In this document: positions 59,400 through 64,000 of the stretch, one piece after another
How positions within the stretch are numbered: position 1 is the stretch's first letter
Layout of the letters: every line of letters starts with the position of its first letter
IMG/VR virus record: IMGVR_UViG_3300028920_000044
Span: 32,001-96,000 of that record
Origin: a virus
DNA: 64,000 bases
Direction: 5' to 3' (one strand)
Position numbers and translations under genes: made by a program
The notes under the pieces: model-generated
What the model was told of the DNA's origin: nothing
Seen by the model: only the letters and a program-made list of their open reading frames with translations
Databases searched by the model: none

Positions 59400-59424
59400 T
59401 TCTCAATCCCTCCAGTCAGTTGAT

Positions 59425-59748
59425 TTAGGCCCCTGCAACATTTGTTTTCTCGTCGTAATTTGCATTCCCCACAAATTTATCTGCGTCTTTATCGACATCA
59501 GACTCTCCAGATAATTCTGGATCTACTTTAGCATTATCAGCGGTAATACTACCACCTTGAAAATGTTGCGCAATTCTTTTCTTTGCTACACTTGATAAAT
59601 TGATAGGAATATTCACAGCAGGATATTTAGAAGTATATCCCCTTTTAGTGAATTGAAATACGTCATTTTCTCCTATCCTCCGAAGTCCTTTCACTAGGAT
59701 TAAAGCACCTAACCCTGATGAAATTCCCAAAGCTTCTAATTTCGTCAT
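59425..59748 (-). CDS. GISSGLGAL-KGLRR family protein
   Basis: AAGGAG RBS; motif. Confidence 0.75.
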   Translation of the reverse strand: MTKLEALGISSGLGALILVKGLRRIGENDVFQFTKRGYTSKYPAVNIPINLSSVAKKRIAQHFQGGSITADNAKVDPELSGESDVDKDADKFVGNANYDEKTNVAGA

Positions 59749-59752
59749 AAGC

Positions 59753-60805
59753 CTACTCCTTTAAAGATTCAAGAAAATCATTAAAATCATTAAAACCATA
59801 CAATACATCAAATGCAGCATCCGCACATTCTTCATCATACAGTATACCTCTGTTTTTATTTATTTCATCTAACGCTACCGCAACTCCAAGAGCAGGCCTA
59901 TATGGTCTATGTGTTGACATCGATTCGATTACATCACTAACAGCAATAATCTTGGATGAAAACAAAATGTCATCACCTTTTAATCCTTGTGGGTAACCAG
60001 ACCCATTTATTCTCTCGTGATGTTGATGTACTATTTCAGAAACATCACAAGGTAACAGATCTTTAAATGGAATGTTTTTAATTATATCGTATCCTACATC
60101 TGAATGGTCTTTAATCAAAGCAAACTCATTCTTACTCAATTTTGATGGTTTAGTCAAAATATCAGAAGGTATAGATATCTTACCAATATCATGCATTAAG
60201 CCAGCAATACGAACACAATCAACTCTATCTTCTTTTAATCCAAGAATCTTAGCCATTTCAACAGATAATTGTGTAACCCTTTCTTGATGTCCCGCAGTAT
60301 AAGGATCTCTAGCTTCCGTTACTTTGGAGAGAGTTCTAATTGTTTGATCTAATACATTAATTACTTCTTGAGTTTTTTCTTTCACTTCTCTCTCTAAATT
60401 TATCTTATAATTCTCTTGGTGTACTAAGAGTTGATATTTTTCAATACAATTATTGACGGTGTGCAGTAACAAATCAAAATTAACCGGTTTCATTAAATAA
60501 TCACAGGCACCATGTCTAAGAGAATCTACTATATCCTGCATTGAACCAGCACCAGAGAACATAACAACTTGGTGTTTTGGATAATCACTTTTAATAAGTG
60601 CCAAAAGTTGAACACCAGTCAATCTTGGCATATCAATATCAGTAAGCGTTACAATTGGCGTATATTGATTAAATAATCTTAAACCTTCCTCCCCATCGTT
60701 TGCTGTAATGACTTCGAACCCATTCCCCTCCAAGAAATGTTTTATTGGTTCTACTACCAACGGTTCATCATCAATCAAAAGAATCTTAAAGGGTTCATTC
60801 ATCAC
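59753..60805 (-). CDS. Response regulator with HD-GYP cyclic-dinucleotide phosphodiesterase (RpfG-like)
   Basis: REC IDDE/TDIDMP/KP; RDPYTAGHQERV, HDIGK, HHERINGSGYP, RPYR. Confidence 0.95.
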   Translation of the reverse strand: MMNEPFKILLIDDEPLVVEPIKHFLEGNGFEVITANDGEEGLRLFNQYTPIVTLTDIDMPRLTGVQLLALIKSDYPKHQVVMFSGAGSMQDIVDSLRHGACDYLMKPVNFDLLLHTVNNCIEKYQLLVHQENYKINLEREVKEKTQEVINVLDQTIRTLSKVTEARDPYTAGHQERVTQLSVEMAKILGLKEDRVDCVRIAGLMHDIGKISIPSDILTKPSKLSKNEFALIKDHSDVGYDIIKNIPFKDLLPCDVSEIVHQHHERINGSGYPQGLKGDDILFSSKIIAVSDVIESMSTHRPYRPALGVAVALDEINKNRGILYDEECADAAFDVLYGFNDFNDFLESLKE

Positions 60806-61179
60806 ATTAATACTCCATCTAATATTTTGTCTATTTGATCAAATTCCCAATGGGGGATTCGCAATAATCCCATACCCTTTTCTTCAATATAGGAGTTCTT
60901 AATTTGATCATTAATTTTAGTTCGTTCGTGAACATATTTAGCTTTATATCCTTTATTTACTGGATCGTAATGGTGCTCACCATCGAATTCAATTAATATA
61001 TTATGGTCTGGTAAATAAAAGTCAAATCTTAATGGCTTTCTTCCTGTTCTTCCAAGACAATCTTTAAATGTCTTTTCCATCTCAAATGTCACTCGACGTT
61101 GTTCAAGTGATTGTGCAATCTTTAGTTCTCCTTTTGAGACTTTCTTGCCCTTATAATATCTTCTCTTTTTAGGCATCAT
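60802..61179 (-). CDS. PD-(D/E)xK endonuclease (DUF559/DUF2726/Vsr-like)
   Basis: SKGE, LRFDFYLP, LIEFDGEHH, LLRIPHW. Confidence 0.8.
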   Translation of the reverse strand: MMPKKRRYYKGKKVSKGELKIAQSLEQRRVTFEMEKTFKDCLGRTGRKPLRFDFYLPDHNILIEFDGEHHYDPVNKGYKAKYVHERTKINDQIKNSYIEEKGMGLLRIPHWEFDQIDKILDGVLM

Positions 61180-61185
61180 ATACCT

Positions 61186-61491
61186 CTAAATATTCAAACA
61201 TGTTTCTAAATCCATTCTAACACTCGATGTCGGAGAAAGAGGATCAAACTTAATTGCAGTCGAATACTCCCTTTTATCCAGTTTAACACACCGATTACAA
61301 AGCCCCGTAAGGTTAATATCACCCGAAGGTAAACTTAAAATGATAGTTAATAATGATCCTTTTTCGATAAATTTATTAGTTCGACACATTACTCCACTCA
61401 AACTAATATCTTTTGTTTTGCCAAGAATTTGGTCATTTATTTTTATATTTAATTCTTGACATGCTCGGTTAAAGAATCTTTGATCATTCAT
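61186..61491 (-). CDS. PilZ domain protein
   Basis: RFFNR (RxxxR), DISLSG, TAIKF; start MNDQR with GAGG RBS. Confidence 0.85.
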   Translation of the reverse strand: MNDQRFFNRACQELNIKINDQILGKTKDISLSGVMCRTNKFIEKGSLLTIILSLPSGDINLTGLCNRCVKLDKREYSTAIKFDPLSPTSSVRMDLETCLNI

Positions 61492-61516
61492 TTTTCCTCT
61501 TTTGCACCTTAAAGAT

Positions 61517-61843
61517 TTAAGACTTGACAGCGTGTCCTTCTTCGACAAGAAGTTCATTAATGTTGGTTTCATCGACCACTAATATACCCAACACCCTACC
61601 GTATTTACCTCTTTTATCTAACTTGGTTTGAATTGTGAATTTCTCCGGTAACAATTCTTTAAGACGATGTTTAGCGGCAAGCCCTTTCATCTTCTGAACA
61701 TCATCCCTTGTTCTTACTTCAGGAGCATTAATTCCGAATAAACGAATTCGACTCTTATAATGCATATCAAAACCTAAATCAATAATAACATCAACGGTAT
61801 CACCGTCAATTATTCTATCTAATTTACAACTATACTCATACAT
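61517..61843 (-). CDS. Thermonuclease (SNase-like)
   Basis: IDGDT, RIRLFGINAPE, GKYGRVLG, INELLVEEGHA. Confidence 0.9.
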   Translation of the reverse strand: MYEYSCKLDRIIDGDTVDVIIDLGFDMHYKSRIRLFGINAPEVRTRDDVQKMKGLAAKHRLKELLPEKFTIQTKLDKRGKYGRVLGILVVDETNINELLVEEGHAVKS

Positions 61844-61852
61844 CCTTTCACC

Positions 61853-62566
61853 TTATACGTGCGCAAATTTAAGTTTACTAGATTGTTTAGCAGCCTTTTT
61901 GGCAGCTTGTTTCTTTTCAACCATTCTGGCATTGCGTTGTAATTGAAGTGCGGCTCTATCCATTTTTCTTGATTTAGCCGCTTCACTTCCAGCTTTTTTA
62001 GCTACAGAATAGCTTTTTGTACTTACTTTTGAATTAGAACTCCCATCTCTTTGTAACTTCTTATTTAGAAATGCGAGTCGAGTGGCAGCCTTCCCATGTC
62101 TTATAGCTTTATTTGCATGAATTCCCGCCTGGTCTTTAATCTTTTCTGCATGCTTCCTAACTATCTTTCTTCCAAGTTTTGTGCCATATGCAATTCTTCT
62201 TACACCTTTAACAATAGCTCTACCTACTTTATTTTTACTCATACGATGTGTTAACTTTCGAATTTCACTATGCCGTTTTCCGCCCCAACGTCTTTCTTGA
62301 TCTGTGCCCATATCTGCTGCATCTTTAAGATCTTTTTCGATTTGTACTTGTTCACTTCCTGAAAATTTATCAGATTTAGAAATACCTTCCCATACAATAG
62401 AAAACTCTCTATCAAAATAATTATCTATTTCAGTGATATTATCAGTATCGAGAAAACGCAATACATCTTCAAGGAATGATTCACCATATTTATTTATACA
62501 ACACACTGTAATATCTTCAATGATTTGTTCATCAGTGTCAACAAACAAATTTGATATTGTAATCAT
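61853..62566 (-). CDS. Tagged acidic-N/basic-C protein, paralog of 62580
   Basis: MITISNLFVD; VKGVRRIAYGTKLGRK. Confidence 0.8.
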   Translation of the reverse strand: MITISNLFVDTDEQIIEDITVCCINKYGESFLEDVLRFLDTDNITEIDNYFDREFSIVWEGISKSDKFSGSEQVQIEKDLKDAADMGTDQERRWGGKRHSEIRKLTHRMSKNKVGRAIVKGVRRIAYGTKLGRKIVRKHAEKIKDQAGIHANKAIRHGKAATRLAFLNKKLQRDGSSNSKVSTKSYSVAKKAGSEAAKSRKMDRAALQLQRNARMVEKKQAAKKAAKQSSKLKFAHV

Positions 62567-62579
62567 ATCAATCTCCTAA

Positions 62580-63323
62580 TTATTTCATTGCAAGCAAGGG
62601 GACATTGCGTTTAGCTTGAGGTTTCATTCTTTTTGTGTTCCCTTGTTTAGCTTTTTGCTTTTTCTCAATAAAGTCAGCGTTTCTTCTTAACTGATGTGCT
62701 TGTCTTAATTTCTTCGATGCTTGATGAGCATATACTCCAGCGTTACGGCCATGTGCATCAGATGCCATATTATAGGACATAGCAGCACCAAGATTCCCAA
62801 GATTCCCAAGGGTTGTGTTCTTTGAAATACCTTTTGCTCTTAATGCAGCTCTTAATGACTCTTTCCCATGCTGACCAGCTTTAGTCATTTCTGGTGATGC
62901 CATCTTATCAACAACATCTGCATATTTCCTAACAACTTTTCTTCCTAATTTAGTTCCATATGCTACACGCCGTACTCCTTTAACAACCGCTCTACCAATT
63001 TTACTTTTACTCAATTGATTCGTAATCTTTCTAATACCTCTTCTTTTACCAGTTAAAGACTCACTAGCTTTTCGTCCAGATTTAATTGAGTCTTTAACAT
63101 TCTTTCTTACTTCCCTTTTATCCTCATCATCAAATTCTTCTACTTCAAATAAAGCATTATACTCTTTATCAAAATATTCTTCCATTTCTGTCATAATACC
63201 AGATTCGAAGAAAGGAATAATGCTTTCGAGAAAACAATCGCCGTATTTATAAAAACAATGTATAGTAAGATCCTCTATTAATTGTTCATCAGGATCTATA
63301 AATAACTCTGATATTGGAATCAT
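62580..63323 (-). CDS. Tagged acidic-N/basic-C protein, paralog of 61853
   Basis: MIPISELFID; VKGVRRVAYGTKLGRK. Confidence 0.8.
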   Translation of the reverse strand: MIPISELFIDPDEQLIEDLTIHCFYKYGDCFLESIIPFFESGIMTEMEEYFDKEYNALFEVEEFDDEDKREVRKNVKDSIKSGRKASESLTGKRRGIRKITNQLSKSKIGRAVVKGVRRVAYGTKLGRKVVRKYADVVDKMASPEMTKAGQHGKESLRAALRAKGISKNTTLGNLGNLGAAMSYNMASDAHGRNAGVYAHQASKKLRQAHQLRRNADFIEKKQKAKQGNTKRMKPQAKRNVPLLAMK

Positions 63324-63333
63324 AATAATATCC

Positions 63334-63672
63334 TTACTTTTTCTTCCTTGGAGTAACTACAAATATAGTTTTACCTTTATTATCTTTAAGCTTTTGTCTA
63401 ATATCAGCAGCAGTATCTTTGTAAGATTTAGCTTTTATACCTAGGTTGTTAGAATATTTTATTGCTCTTTTTCCACCACCTTGGAATTTCCCAATTTTCT
63501 TTGCACCATAGGAAAGTCTTTCAGCCCCCTTACCCATCTTTTCTCGAACTTTAGCCCAATCTTTCATTACACTCCGACCTAATTTAGAACGATAAGGCAC
63601 CATACTTAATCCTCTAGTAATTGAAGTTCCAATTTTGAACTTTGATTCGAATAAGTAAGATATTGCAATCAT
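63334..63672 (-). CDS. Tagged basic protein (MIAISYLFE)
   Basis: N-terminal tag; YRSKLGR resembles YGTKLGR of neighbours. Confidence 0.75.
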   Translation of the reverse strand: MIAISYLFESKFKIGTSITRGLSMVPYRSKLGRSVMKDWAKVREKMGKGAERLSYGAKKIGKFQGGGKRAIKYSNNLGIKAKSYKDTAADIRQKLKDNKGKTIFVVTPRKKK

Positions 63673-64000
63673 GATTTAATGCCCTGTTTAATATGTTTTG
63701 ACTTTAAAAAATCAGAAAATGACTCTAACTCCATTATAGGTAATATTTTCTCCATATCATCGTGCCATTGATAAATGTAACCATTATCAGTATCTAACAA
63801 TATTTCATCACTACCAACAGAGTGTATTGCTATATAACTCTCTGGTAATTCAATGCTGTCTCGTAATATCTTTGTATAACCTATTACGGAAGGAATGTCT
63901 TTGCCTTGGTCACCTTTCCATGATCCGTAGATAGAAAGATTCTCTTCATCAATAGCACCATGCCACTTAATAAATTTTTTATAGTCCCCAGGGAGTCTAA
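63669..64000 (-). CDS. SMI1/KNR4 (SUKH) family protein, 5' truncated
   Basis: Manually translated RLPGDYKKFIKWHG..IYG..LPESYIAI..LLDTDNGYIYQW..SFSDFL. Confidence 0.75.
   Translation of the reverse strand, partial: RLPGDYKKFIKWHGAIDEENLSIYGSWKGDQGKDIPSVIGYTKILRDSIELPESYIAIHSVGSDEILLDTDNGYIYQWHDDMEKILPIMELESFSDFLKSKHIKQGIKS

Noticed and set aside
588-60902. Numerous short plus-strand ORFs and nested alternative-frame minus ORFs in the track
   Set aside because: Shadows of longer, motif-bearing minus-strand genes; no RBS or recognisable motifs
62780-62812. Short 9-bp tandem repeat (LGNLGNLG)
   Set aside because: In-frame micro-duplication with no further significance evident

Overview
AT-rich, gene-dense segment of a large (jumbo-type, myovirus-like) bacteriophage genome in the standard genetic code; almost all genes are on the minus strand. 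Virion hallmarks are a terminase large subunit, a tape measure protein with a C-terminal M23 peptidase, gp6-like and gp53-like baseplate wedges, a gp5-like spike, a tail tube-like protein and a long tail fibre. It also carries RecA/UvsX, a Cas4-like nuclease, SNase, a HAD nucleotidase, PIMT (pcm) and a plus-strand AAA+/DUF2201-VWA pair. Four things stand out. (1) About 20 otherwise unrelated ORFs, including enzymes, share an N-terminal tag M-I-[S/P/T/A]-[I/V/L]-x-x-L-F-E; together with many acidic-N/basic-C proteins this suggests a capsid-targeting and protease-processing system for injected cargo. (2) A cyclic-dinucleotide/two-component set is dispersed among the virion genes: a 6-PAS+GAF hybrid kinase, a stand-alone receiver, a REC-HD-GYP, three PilZ proteins and an RR-rich peptide, suggesting a Desulfobacterota-like host. 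(3) There is a candidate -1 programmed frameshift at about 50350. (4) There are several structured intergenic RNAs and a candidate phage promoter, TATATAGAAAT. All functional calls come from motif recognition by eye; no database searches were run.
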